In this document: positions 40,502-49,645 of the stretch, piece by piece | Layout of the letters: every line of letters begins with the position of its first letter | Position numbering within the stretch: position 1 is the first letter of the stretch | Source of the DNA: Bacilli bacterium | Lineage (GTDB): Bacteria > Bacillota_I > Bacilli_A > RFN20 > CAG-826 | Reading direction: 5' to 3' | DNA: 64,000 nt | Assembly: GCA_045597865.1 (NCBI GenBank) | Contig: JAZLKX010000025.1 | Span: 288,001 to 352,000 of the forward strand | The notes under the pieces: generated by a model | The model's input: only the letters and a program-made list of their open reading frames with translations | Database searches by the model: none | Told to the model about the DNA's origin: nothing | Position numbers and translations under genes: made by a program

Positions 40502-42310
40502 TCAATCTTCATCAATTGAAAGGACAGTCATGAATGCTTCTTGTGGAACTTCTACAGAACCAATTGCTTTCATTCTCTTCTTTCCCTCTTTTTGCTTTTC
40601 AAGAAGTTTCTTCTTGCGGCTAATATCACCACCATAACATTTAGCAAGAACGTCTTTACGCACAGCCTTAATGTCCGCACGTGCGATAATCTTGCCATTT
40701 ATGGCAGCCTGTACTGGAACTTCAAATTGTTGACGTGGAATTATTTCTTTAAGCTTACGTACAACTACAGATCCACGCTCATAAGCGCTACCTTTGTAGA
40801 CAATGATGCTTAAAGCATCAATTACATCTCCATTAAGAAGAATATCCATCTTTGAAAGGTTTCCTACTTTGTAGTCGCTATATTCATAATCGAATGATGC
40901 ATAACCTTTTGTGAATGATTTTAACTTATCAAAGAAATTGTAAACAATTTCTGCTAATGGAAGTTCGTAAGTTGCAATCATTCTAGTGTCATCAAAATAT
41001 TCAAGGTTAAGATAAATTCCTCTTCTATTTTGGCAAAGATCCATAACTGCACCAACATACTCCTTTGGAGTCATGATTTGAGCTTTAACATATGGTTCTT
41101 GAATTTCTTTAATTGTTGTTAGATCTGGAAGTTTGCTTGGGTTATCGAGTTCAATCATTGTGCCATCGCTCTTGTACACGTGATAAATAACGCTAGGCGC
41201 GGTAAGAATTAAATCGAGTCCATATTCTCTTTCCAAACGTTCTTGGACTACGTCCATGTGAAGTAAGCCAAGGAAACCACATCTAAAACCAAAGCCCAAG
41301 GCTTGGGATGTTTCTGGCTCAAATACTAAGGAAGCATCATTTAGAGTTAATTTCTCTAAAGCATCCTTAAGATCTAAATATTTCTTAGAATCTACTGGGT
41401 ATAAACCACAGTAGACCATTGGATTCATTTTTCTATAACCTGGTAAAGCTTCTTTAGCAGGATTACTTAATAAAGTAACTGTTTCGCCAGGATGGACATC
41501 TTTGATGTCCTTAATTTGTGCAGCGACATAACCAACCTCGCCTGCACACAATTCGTCTGTTTTGATTTCTTTCGGATTTCTGATTCCGACTTCAGTAACA
41601 AGATAATCCTTGTTAGCTGCCATTAAATGAATTGTATCGCCAACTTTAACTTTACCTTCTTTAACACGAACCATAATAATGACGCCTCTATAGGAATCAT
41701 AGTATGAGTCGAAGATTAAAGCTTGAAGCGGATTATTATCATCACCTAAAGGTGCTGGAATATAATTCACTACCGCTTCAAGGACATCACCAACGTTAAG
41801 TCCTGTCTTTGCGGATACAAGGCATGCGTTATCTGCAGGAATGCCTATGCGCTCCTCGATTTCGCGCTTAGCCATGTCTGGCATTGCGGAAGGTAAATCA
41901 ATTTTATTGATTACCGGAACAATTTCAAGGTTGTTATCAACTGCTAAATAAACATTTGCAAGTGTTTGAGCTTCAACTCCTTGAGTTGCATCAACAACTA
42001 AAAGACAGCCTTCGCAAGCTGCTAAAGAACGTGATACTTCGTATGAGAAGTCGACATGCCCCGGTGTATCGATAAGATTAAATAAATAATCTTCACCGTT
42101 TTTAGCATGGTACTTTAAAGTAACAGCATTAAGTTTAATGGTAATGCCTCTTTCTCTTTCAAGATCCATTGAATCAAGAAATTGTTCTTTCATTTCCCTT
42201 TGGGAAACTGTTTCAGTCAATTCCAAAATTCTATCGGCTAAGGTAGATTTTCCGTGGTCGATATGAGCAATAATTGAGAAGTTACGAATGTGTTTCTTGT
42301 CGTAATGCAT
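40502..42310 (-). CDS. lepA: Elongation factor 4
   Basis: [45 protein letters not shown]. Confidence 0.98.
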   Translation of the reverse strand: MHYDKKHIRNFSIIAHIDHGKSTLADRILELTETVSQREMKEQFLDSMDLERERGITIKLNAVTLKYHAKNGEDYLFNLIDTPGHVDFSYEVSRSLAACEGCLLVVDATQGVEAQTLANVYLAVDNNLEIVPVINKIDLPSAMPDMAKREIEERIGIPADNACLVSAKTGLNVGDVLEAVVNYIPAPLGDDNNPLQALIFDSYYDSYRGVIIMVRVKEGKVKVGDTIHLMAANKDYLVTEVGIRNPKEIKTDELCAGEVGYVAAQIKDIKDVHPGETVTLLSNPAKEALPGYRKMNPMVYCGLYPVDSKKYLDLKDALEKLTLNDASLVFEPETSQALGFGFRCGFLGLLHMDVVQERLEREYGLDLILTAPSVIYHVYKSDGTMIELDNPSKLPDLTTIKEIQEPYVKAQIMTPKEYVGAVMDLCQNRRGIYLNLEYFDDTRMIATYELPLAEIVYNFFDKLKSFTKGYASFDYEYSDYKVGNLSKMDILLNGDVIDALSIIVYKGSAYERGSVVVRKLKEIIPRQQFEVPVQAAINGKIIARADIKAVRKDVLAKCYGGDISRKKKLLEKQKEGKKRMKAIGSVEVPQEAFMTVLSIDED

Positions 42311-42321
42311 ACTTTAAAATA

Positions 42322-44652
42322 TTATTTTACTTTCCAAAAGTTTTCAACCTGATTTTTTACATCTTCTTTAGAAGTAACAACTTCGTAGTCGCTGTAAATG
42401 TTCTTAAATAATTCGTGATAGGTATCTGTTAGATAACGATCATCAATAAGCAATGCTACACCTCTATCAGATTCACTTCTTATGACACGCCCGACAGCCT
42501 GCATCACTTTGTTCATGCCAGGCGCTACATAGGCGTAGTCATAACCTTTATTTTCAACCTTGTTGAAATAATCACGAATTAAATCTCTTTCATAGCAAAG
42601 CTGAGGAAGTCCAACGCCCACTACACAGACGCCGATAATACGCTCACCTACAAGGTCAATTCCCTCGCCAAAAGCTCCACCTACAACAGCTAAACCTATG
42701 GTTGTTTTCTCAGGTTTATCAACAAAACAAGTTAGGAATTGTTCCTTTTCAATTTCAGACATATCTCGTTCTTGAACGAGTAAATCGAATTCCTCATCTT
42801 CTAGATAAGGAACGAGATTTTCTAAATATTCATAACTTGGAACGTAAACAAAATAGTTTCCAAGTTTTCCGTGAACTAGTTCACGAATATATTCGCTGAC
42901 TTCCTTTATGGTGTCAGCGCGATTTTTATATCTAATCGACACCTTAGGTGCCACCATTAATCTAAGATTATCCTTTTGAAATGGAGACGGAAGGAACAAA
43001 ATCGGATCACTCTTTTCTCCACCAATCATATCTATGTAATAGTCAGATGGAGAAAGCGTTGCGGAAAAGATGACTTTTCCTTTTACTTGTTCAAATGTTC
43101 TTTTTAAATGTTCTCTTGGGTCAATACAATAAAGATTGATTTTAATATCTTTGTCTCTTTTAGAGACATATAAAGAGAATGTTTCATCATAGAAGTCTAA
43201 AAGTTTTATAAACTTATTGAGATCAAAATAGAAATCAGTAAACTCATCTGTCACAACTGAGTGATGATTTTTGTTTACATCACTAGCGGCAAGCAAAAAT
43301 GCTTGAATTGCGTTAAGTTGAGTTCTATTAAGCATATCGATTTTATGATCGCCATCTGGAAGGTCTTCAAATTCACCGAATAACTTTGTTAATCTCTTCA
43401 TTGCATTTTTAATCTTCTTGTGTTCAAAATGGCGAAGTGATTTTTTCACTTGTTTATACTTGAACGAATCAAATGATGCGCTATACATGCTTCGTCCACG
43501 CTCAACTAAGTTGTGTGCTTCATCTACAAGCACGAGCATGTTTGATGCATCACTATCAAAATATCTCTTCAAATAAACCATTGGATCGAAGAAATAATTG
43601 TAGTCACAAATAATCACATCAACATAAAGTGATAAATCTAGTGATAATTCGAATGGACAAATGGCATTAAATTTAGCTATTTCCACTACGTCTTCTGTTG
43701 AGAATAATTTATAGCGAGAAATTGAATCTTTTATAACGTTTTTAATCTTTGAATAATAACCTTTTGCAAATGGACATTCGTCTGGGTTACAGGCTTTGCC
43801 TGGACAAAGACAAACCTTATCTTTTGCCATAATAGAAATTCCTGATGCTTCAAGACCTTTTTCTACCATTAATTTTGTGGCATTATAAGCCATTTCTTTG
43901 CCTGAATTTTTAGCAGTCAAATAGAAGATTTTTTCATTGTCTCCTTTTGCAAAAGATTTAACAAACGGATAAAGAGTTGAAATTGTTTTTCCAATTCCGG
44001 TTGGAGCTTCAGCAAAAAGAATGCCTCCATTTTGCGCAACGCCATAAGCGTATTTCGCAAGTTTCTTCTGTCCGCTTCTGAAATTATCGTATGGAAAAGC
44101 GAGTGTTTCTGCAGATTTATTTCTAGCGAGTGTTCTTTTATAAATGATTTTGAAAAATTCAATGTATTCGGTAAGTAAATTGTTAATGCCTTTTTCTAGT
44201 TCGGAAGTTAAGTAAGAAAAGTTCTTGACCATCATTGATTTATCGAGCTGATTTATGTACGTTAATCTAACACCAATGTGGTCTAGTTTTTTCTCTCTAG
44301 CGTACATTAATGCATAGCATTTAGCTTGTCCAAGGTGCCATTCGCATTGCTCATTATAAAAATTTTCAAGGTCTGAAATTGTTGATTTAATTTCATCAAT
44401 AATTACGTCATCGTCATGAATAATAATTCCATCAGCCCTGCCCTCTAAAATAACTTCAAAATCATCAACTTTAAAACTATCTTTAAGCTGATATTCTGAA
44501 ATATAGTTCTTTCCTTGGCGAGATTGATACATCGCATGAATGAGTGTTCCTTCATTCATTGTAGTCGCATTATAAATACGATTGTCGATATCTCCGGTGC
44601 GAAGTAAAAAGTCGACAAGTTGGTGTACTGAAAGAGTCAAAACCTTCTTCAT
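42322..44652 (-). CDS. XPD/DinG-family Fe-S helicase with N-terminal PD-(D/E)xK nuclease domain
   Basis: GRADG..IDEIKST..Q..CY; APTGIGKT; C..C..CPF..CPF; DEAHN; SAT; QAVGRVIR; start moved to ATG 44652. Confidence 0.85.
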   Translation of the reverse strand: MKKVLTLSVHQLVDFLLRTGDIDNRIYNATTMNEGTLIHAMYQSRQGKNYISEYQLKDSFKVDDFEVILEGRADGIIIHDDDVIIDEIKSTISDLENFYNEQCEWHLGQAKCYALMYAREKKLDHIGVRLTYINQLDKSMMVKNFSYLTSELEKGINNLLTEYIEFFKIIYKRTLARNKSAETLAFPYDNFRSGQKKLAKYAYGVAQNGGILFAEAPTGIGKTISTLYPFVKSFAKGDNEKIFYLTAKNSGKEMAYNATKLMVEKGLEASGISIMAKDKVCLCPGKACNPDECPFAKGYYSKIKNVIKDSISRYKLFSTEDVVEIAKFNAICPFELSLDLSLYVDVIICDYNYFFDPMVYLKRYFDSDASNMLVLVDEAHNLVERGRSMYSASFDSFKYKQVKKSLRHFEHKKIKNAMKRLTKLFGEFEDLPDGDHKIDMLNRTQLNAIQAFLLAASDVNKNHHSVVTDEFTDFYFDLNKFIKLLDFYDETFSLYVSKRDKDIKINLYCIDPREHLKRTFEQVKGKVIFSATLSPSDYYIDMIGGEKSDPILFLPSPFQKDNLRLMVAPKVSIRYKNRADTIKEVSEYIRELVHGKLGNYFVYVPSYEYLENLVPYLEDEEFDLLVQERDMSEIEKEQFLTCFVDKPEKTTIGLAVVGGAFGEGIDLVGERIIGVCVVGVGLPQLCYERDLIRDYFNKVENKGYDYAYVAPGMNKVMQAVGRVIRSESDRGVALLIDDRYLTDTYHELFKNIYSDYEVVTSKEDVKNQVENFWKVK

Positions 44653-44692
44653 AATTTTTATTATATCAAAAAAGACTATCATTTGATAGTCT

Positions 44693-45628
44693 TTATTTGA
44701 AAATTATTCCATTTAGATGTTTGGAACCGTTTGCGAAGCTTCTTCCATCCATCTTTTTCTTACCTGCTAATTGAACTTCTAAAAGCTCAACCACAGCATC
44801 TTTTAATTTAAGATAAACGCTCTTATTTATTAGTAATGAACCAACTGGCCCATCAACTTTTTGATCAACAACTTTTGCTTTGAGAATTTTGAATTTTAAT
44901 TCATTAAGCATTAAGTATCCGCCAGGCTCTTCTGACATGCCTCTAACATAATTAACAAATGTTTTTGCGTCGTAATCTAAGCTAAGTTTTTCAGTCTCTG
45001 GAAGAATCTTATCTGCAAATGTGACTTTGCTTTCATCTTGTTCTTCTCCAAGAAGCTTACCTTCTAGATAAACTGGAAGGAACTTTTTGGTGACTTCAAT
45101 AGCGCATTTTACAATCTTTTCACAAAGTGATGTGTAATTATCTTCTGGAGCAATTTCACATGAAACGACGCCATACATTTTGCCTGCATCCATCTTATCA
45201 ACCATTTCCATAAGCGTAACGCCTGTGCATGTTTCGCCATTCATGATTGCGCGTTGAATTGGTGCTGCGCCTCTGTATTTTGGAAGAATGGATCCATGAA
45301 GATTTAATGCGCCCATTTCTGGGATATCAAGTAAGCCTTGTGGAACAATTTGGCCATAGGCCATTGTGAGAATTAAGTCTGGTTTTAATTCCTTCAAAAA
45401 TTCATAATCTAATCTGATTTTATGAGGTTGATAAACCGGGATATTATGTTGCTTTGCAACAACTTTGGTTGGAACCTCAGTTAAAATAGCTTTTCTTCCA
45501 ACAGGTCTATCCTCTTGTGCAATAACTGCGACAATGTTAAAACCTTCTTGAATTAATGCTTCAAGAACTTGGGCAGACATTTCTGGTGTACCCATATAAA
45601 CAATTCTAGTCTCACTTATGCTTTTCAT
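44693..45628 (-). CDS. fmt: Methionyl-tRNA formyltransferase
   Basis: MGTP, AYGQI, NLHGSILPKYRGAAPIQ, MDAG. Confidence 0.96.
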   Translation of the reverse strand: MKSISETRIVYMGTPEMSAQVLEALIQEGFNIVAVIAQEDRPVGRKAILTEVPTKVVAKQHNIPVYQPHKIRLDYEFLKELKPDLILTMAYGQIVPQGLLDIPEMGALNLHGSILPKYRGAAPIQRAIMNGETCTGVTLMEMVDKMDAGKMYGVVSCEIAPEDNYTSLCEKIVKCAIEVTKKFLPVYLEGKLLGEEQDESKVTFADKILPETEKLSLDYDAKTFVNYVRGMSEEPGGYLMLNELKFKILKAKVVDQKVDGPVGSLLINKSVYLKLKDAVVELLEVQLAGKKKMDGRSFANGSKHLNGIIFK

Positions 45629-45749
45629 GGCTACTATTATAAAAGTAACGTCAATGATTTACAATCATAATGATATTTTGCAAAAAATGTTTGTTAATAT
45701 CGAGTAAGTTTGATAAACTTATGAACGTAATTGAGAGGAAAAAGTTAAA

Positions 45750-46016
45750 ATGGCTCAAATTAAATCACAAATTAAGAGAATCGGTACAAACGAAAAAGCA
45801 AGACAACGTAACGTTAGTTACAGATCAAGAATTGCAACTGAATCAAAGAAGGTTCGTGTTGCTGTTGAAAACAAAGATGCAAAGGCAGCTGCTGAAGCAT
45901 TAAAGGTTGCTTTAAAGTTAATCGATAAATCAGTTACAGCTGGTGTTTATACACGTAATACTGCTGCACGTAAAAAATCATCTCTTACTAAATTAGTCAA
46001 CGGATTAGCAAAATAA
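45750..46016 (+). CDS. rpsT: 30S ribosomal protein S20
   Basis: MAQIKSQIKR...RN, IDK...G, NTAARKKS; convergent with holA. Confidence 0.96.
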   Translation: MAQIKSQIKRIGTNEKARQRNVSYRSRIATESKKVRVAVENKDAKAAAEALKVALKLIDKSVTAGVYTRNTAARKKSSLTKLVNGLAK

Positions 46017-46017
46017 T

Positions 46018-46968
46018 CTAGTTTGGAAAATTTATTAGAAATAATTCTAAACCATAAGAGCGGTCAATTTGACCGCTTTTAATTTGCGCATCTAAATTAT
46101 ATAAATCATCCAATGCGTGGGCGATTTGTCTCCTAGATAAAAATCTAGAATTCTTTAAAGCCATGTAAACACGGCCCTCACTAACATTTAATTCTTTAGC
46201 AATTTGTCCTTTATCAAGTCCGCGCACATCTAAGTAGCAAACTTGGGCAATAAATCTAAATTGGGTTGCAAGCATAGGAATTAAAGCATCTGTCGCTTTG
46301 GCGCCAAGTAATTTTAAATCTCTATAAATAGAAATGGCTAATGCATTATCTCCTTTAAACAAGGCATTAGACATTTGAAAAGCATCATCTTCTAGAGGTT
46401 TTGCAACCATAAGCAAAACATCAGAAAGTGTAATTTTGTCTTTATATAAACAAAGTTTATCAGCTTCATTAACAAATCTTGTTAAGTCGCCATCAACTCT
46501 TGCGACTAATTCATTCACCGCATCTGAATCAATTTCAACTTCTCTATTTTTGAAATACTTTTTCGCATAAACTGGCCATTGTTCTTTTGTAAGATCCAAA
46601 AATTCAAAAACACCATGAATTGAATCAATATATTTGGCGATTCCACCATTTTTATCTAATTTGTCTGAACGTAAAATGAAAATACAGTTAATTTCATCTG
46701 GATTGTTTTTTATGCAGTCTAGAAGCTTTTCTTTTTCTTCGTCTTTTCCTTCTTTTGTTAAAAAGGTTGCGTTATCAACAACAACAGCTTTTCTATCATA
46801 ACCTAAAGGCATCATTGATGCTTCAGAAACAATTTCATCTATAGATGATTCTGCATAATCAATCTTTATTGTATTAAAATCATCTGGTTCCTTAACGCAC
46901 TCTTTTAAAACTTTCGCAAGGTGTTTGCGGATCATGTGATATTGAGAGCCATACAATATGTAATTCAT
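46018..46968 (-). CDS. holA: DNA polymerase III delta subunit
   Basis: YILYG, MPL..RK.V, E.DKL.LY, D..IKSG; comEC-holA-rpsT synteny. Confidence 0.9.
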   Translation of the reverse strand: MNYILYGSQYHMIRKHLAKVLKECVKEPDDFNTIKIDYAESSIDEIVSEASMMPLGYDRKAVVVDNATFLTKEGKDEEKEKLLDCIKNNPDEINCIFILRSDKLDKNGGIAKYIDSIHGVFEFLDLTKEQWPVYAKKYFKNREVEIDSDAVNELVARVDGDLTRFVNEADKLCLYKDKITLSDVLLMVAKPLEDDAFQMSNALFKGDNALAISIYRDLKLLGAKATDALIPMLATQFRFIAQVCYLDVRGLDKGQIAKELNVSEGRVYMALKNSRFLSRRQIAHALDDLYNLDAQIKSGQIDRSYGLELFLINFPN

Positions 46969-46986
46969 AATGTCGATTATACAACA

Positions 46987-48993
46987 TTATGCGAATAATG
47001 AAAAATACGAAATTGTTCCTTCTTCATCTGTTCGCCTAATTTTAATATTATTTTGAGTTAAAATTTCTAAAATCTCTTTGCTTGGATGACCATAAAAATT
47101 CTTTGCTCCAACTGAGATAATTGCCTCGCTTGGACTAACTGCTTTTATAAACTCTTCACAAGTCGATGTATTAGATCCATGATGGCCTATTTTTAAAACA
47201 TCACAATCCAAATTTGAAAACTTTGAAATTATCTCTTTTTCTACTTTAGTAGAAGCGTCACCCATAAATAACCAATTTTTATTCATAAAATTCATTGTCA
47301 AAACAAGCGATTTGTCATTATCATCTCCACCACTAAAAACATTCAAATTTTCTAGAGTAATATCTCCAATTTTGTATGGAAATTGTTGAGGTTTATTTAT
47401 GTAATTGTAAACTTTAAAATTCTGCATTAATGAATCTTTTGCTCCGCTGTGGTCAAAATCATCATGTGTTGTTATTAATGCATCAATATGAGTTATTTTA
47501 TTTTTATTTAAAAATGGAATTAAAGTTTCTGTTGCCATATCGAAACTTTTATAGCCACCAGTATCAATCATAACAGTATGTGATCTATTTTTTATCAAAA
47601 TGGAATCTCCTTGTCCAACATTAATAAATGAAACAGAATTCATAAACGGTTCTTGGAGTGGAGCTATTGAAACAATTAAGACAAAAATAAGAATTAAAGA
47701 AAGGTGTTTGAAGGACTTAAATCTCCCCTTTTCTAAAAGAAATATTCCTAAAAAGAATACCAAATAAAAAATAAATTCAAAGCATCCACCCCAATTACCA
47801 AATGGAATTTTGATATTTATCAAATCCATTTTTTCTAATACCCATGTTAGCCCACTTCCAACACTATTCACAAACCCATAAATTGGAAAAGCGATGGAGA
47901 ACATTGAAATAATTAGAAAGAAAAGATTAATTGGAAATAGAATAAAATATATGATAGATGTAAGAAGGTTTAGATATCCGCTACTTACTTGAATAGGAAC
48001 CATAAATAAACGGATCGTTGCAAAATATGCCACTTTTCTTTTCTTTTTATCAAATATTTTCAATGCATTATTAAATAATGGCGATAACAAGGATAATAAG
48101 AAACCAATATAAAATGCCTGTTGATAAACAAGGTGATAATCAATAATGATAAAGATCAGCGCTAGAAATGAAACTAGCTCAATATGAGAACGCTTCTTTT
48201 TAAAATGAAATTCGTTCAGATATTTTAATAAGTACATTGCATAAACTCGCAAAGTACCAATCTTGGTAAAGGAGAAAAATGCAAATGGTAATAAAACAAG
48301 GAAAGGCAGTATTTGGGAACCTTTCTTAGATAACTTCAAAGAAAACAAATAAATGAGAATCGAAAACAAAATGTGCAGGTAGATCCCACTCATCGACAGC
48401 AAATAAATCACTCCTATGCTATTAGCATAATTTATTGCTGAACTTGAGTAATCTTTTTCATTAAACAGAAAGGAACTAATTAAAGAGGCCGTATTTTCGT
48501 CAAAATGTGACAAGAAATTTCTTTGGAATTGTTGGATTCGGATAAATGAGTGAAACTTTCGGTCGATCTCGAAAGTTTTTAATTCTTTATCTACTCCTTT
48601 ATTTGCAAGATATTCTTTAAAATCAAATCGGGATTCATAAGTCGTAATTTTTAAATCTTGGACTGAACCCTCGCAAACAAGGTAGTCTCCTATTTCAAAG
48701 TCATTATCTTCAGAGTAAACATAGTATCTTTCAAATCCAGCTTGATAAATCACATAATTTTCTCTAGCTTCAATAACGAAACCAGAATATGGACCTTTTT
48801 GAGCTGGAAACGGAATCCGTGGAAAAAGAGCTCCGATAACAAATATAGCTGTAAATATAAAGAATTTCTTTTTACCAAAACGATATAAAATAAATCCCAA
48901 ATAAGCTATGCTTATTATAATTGAAAGAACTATGTTACCTCGTAAAAAATATAGGCCGAGTACTAATGAGAATGTTGTGAAAAGAAAACTCAT
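46987..48993 (-). CDS. comEC: DNA uptake channel ComEC/Rec2
   Basis: FDFKEYL, multi-TM core, C-terminal MBL domain (VGQGDS, DTGG, THDDFDH, KIGHHGS, SVG..N.YGHP). Confidence 0.9.
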   Translation of the reverse strand: MSFLFTTFSLVLGLYFLRGNIVLSIIISIAYLGFILYRFGKKKFFIFTAIFVIGALFPRIPFPAQKGPYSGFVIEARENYVIYQAGFERYYVYSEDNDFEIGDYLVCEGSVQDLKITTYESRFDFKEYLANKGVDKELKTFEIDRKFHSFIRIQQFQRNFLSHFDENTASLISSFLFNEKDYSSSAINYANSIGVIYLLSMSGIYLHILFSILIYLFSLKLSKKGSQILPFLVLLPFAFFSFTKIGTLRVYAMYLLKYLNEFHFKKKRSHIELVSFLALIFIIIDYHLVYQQAFYIGFLLSLLSPLFNNALKIFDKKKRKVAYFATIRLFMVPIQVSSGYLNLLTSIIYFILFPINLFFLIISMFSIAFPIYGFVNSVGSGLTWVLEKMDLINIKIPFGNWGGCFEFIFYLVFFLGIFLLEKGRFKSFKHLSLILIFVLIVSIAPLQEPFMNSVSFINVGQGDSILIKNRSHTVMIDTGGYKSFDMATETLIPFLNKNKITHIDALITTHDDFDHSGAKDSLMQNFKVYNYINKPQQFPYKIGDITLENLNVFSGGDDNDKSLVLTMNFMNKNWLFMGDASTKVEKEIISKFSNLDCDVLKIGHHGSNTSTCEEFIKAVSPSEAIISVGAKNFYGHPSKEILEILTQNNIKIRRTDEEGTISYFSLFA

Positions 48994-49544
48994 TAATCTC
49001 TTAGACGGACATAATCTTTAATTTTTTCGAAAGTAGCATTACCGATGCCATTAACTTTTTTAAGATCCTCGATACGGCCGAAAGTTCCGTTTGTAGAACG
49101 ATAAGAAACTATTGCTTTAGCAATCGTTGAACCGATGCCCTTTATCAACTGTAGGCCTTCTTCGTCGTCCTTGTTGATATTGGTTTTAACAATTGGCTCC
49201 ATCGAACAAACATCGCTATGGTCATATTTTGGAGCAATATAAAAACTTGCTGCATCTTCTAATAAATAAGAAGTGTTGTATGCAAGCTCATCTGCGTTAG
49301 TGGTTGTTCCGCTGGCAACGCTAATAAGATCTTCTAATGTTGTATTTTTCTCAAGTACATAAGTGCCTGGACGTGTGACTTCCCCTGCAATGGTAACACT
49401 TATCGAGTCACTAGTACTGTTAGAATCTGAGACTAATTGAGTGTTTGCGTTTCCGCCTGCTGTTTCAACTGACGGATCAATAAATTGGAAAACAACAATT
49501 AGTACAACACAAGTGATCAGTACTGCTGCAAAAATTTTAACCAT
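48993..49544 (-). CDS. comEA: DNA receptor ComEA
   Basis: N-terminal TM, SLBB (GEVTRPGTY), HhH pair (NIN...KGIG...AIV.YR...G.F..EDL..V.GIG). Confidence 0.92.
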   Translation of the reverse strand: MVKIFAAVLITCVVLIVVFQFIDPSVETAGGNANTQLVSDSNSTSDSISVTIAGEVTRPGTYVLEKNTTLEDLISVASGTTTNADELAYNTSYLLEDAASFYIAPKYDHSDVCSMEPIVKTNINKDDEEGLQLIKGIGSTIAKAIVSYRSTNGTFGRIEDLKKVNGIGNATFEKIKDYVRLRD

Positions 49545-49568
49545 TCGTAATTTCCTCCTTCACTTTAT

Positions 49569-49599
49569 ATTTACAGTGAATTTTGGAAATCCGATAAAA
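49569..49599 (-). promoter_or_regulatory. Promoter-like motif upstream of comEA, shared with the C39 gene
   Basis: TTTTATCggatttccAAAATTCaCtGtAAAT, 9 nt before SD AGGAGG. Confidence 0.65.
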
Positions 49600-49606
49600 T
49601 ATTTTT

Positions 49607-49645
49607 AGACCTATAATTTATAAGTAAATTATAGGTCTGTTTTTT
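49607..49645. terminator. Terminator between valS and comEA
   Basis: AGACCTATAATTTA-taag-TAAATTATAGGTCT 14-bp stem. Confidence 0.8.

Noticed and set aside
40502-40504. Possible UGA=Trp recoding (code 4), given Mollicutes-like traits
   Set aside because: Conserved genes are intact under code 11, Trp codons inspected are TGG, and lepA ends at TGA at its expected C-terminus.
42322-44652. Cas4/DinG as a sign of a CRISPR-Cas (type IV) system
   Set aside because: No repeat-spacer array or other cas genes anywhere in the window; housekeeping context.
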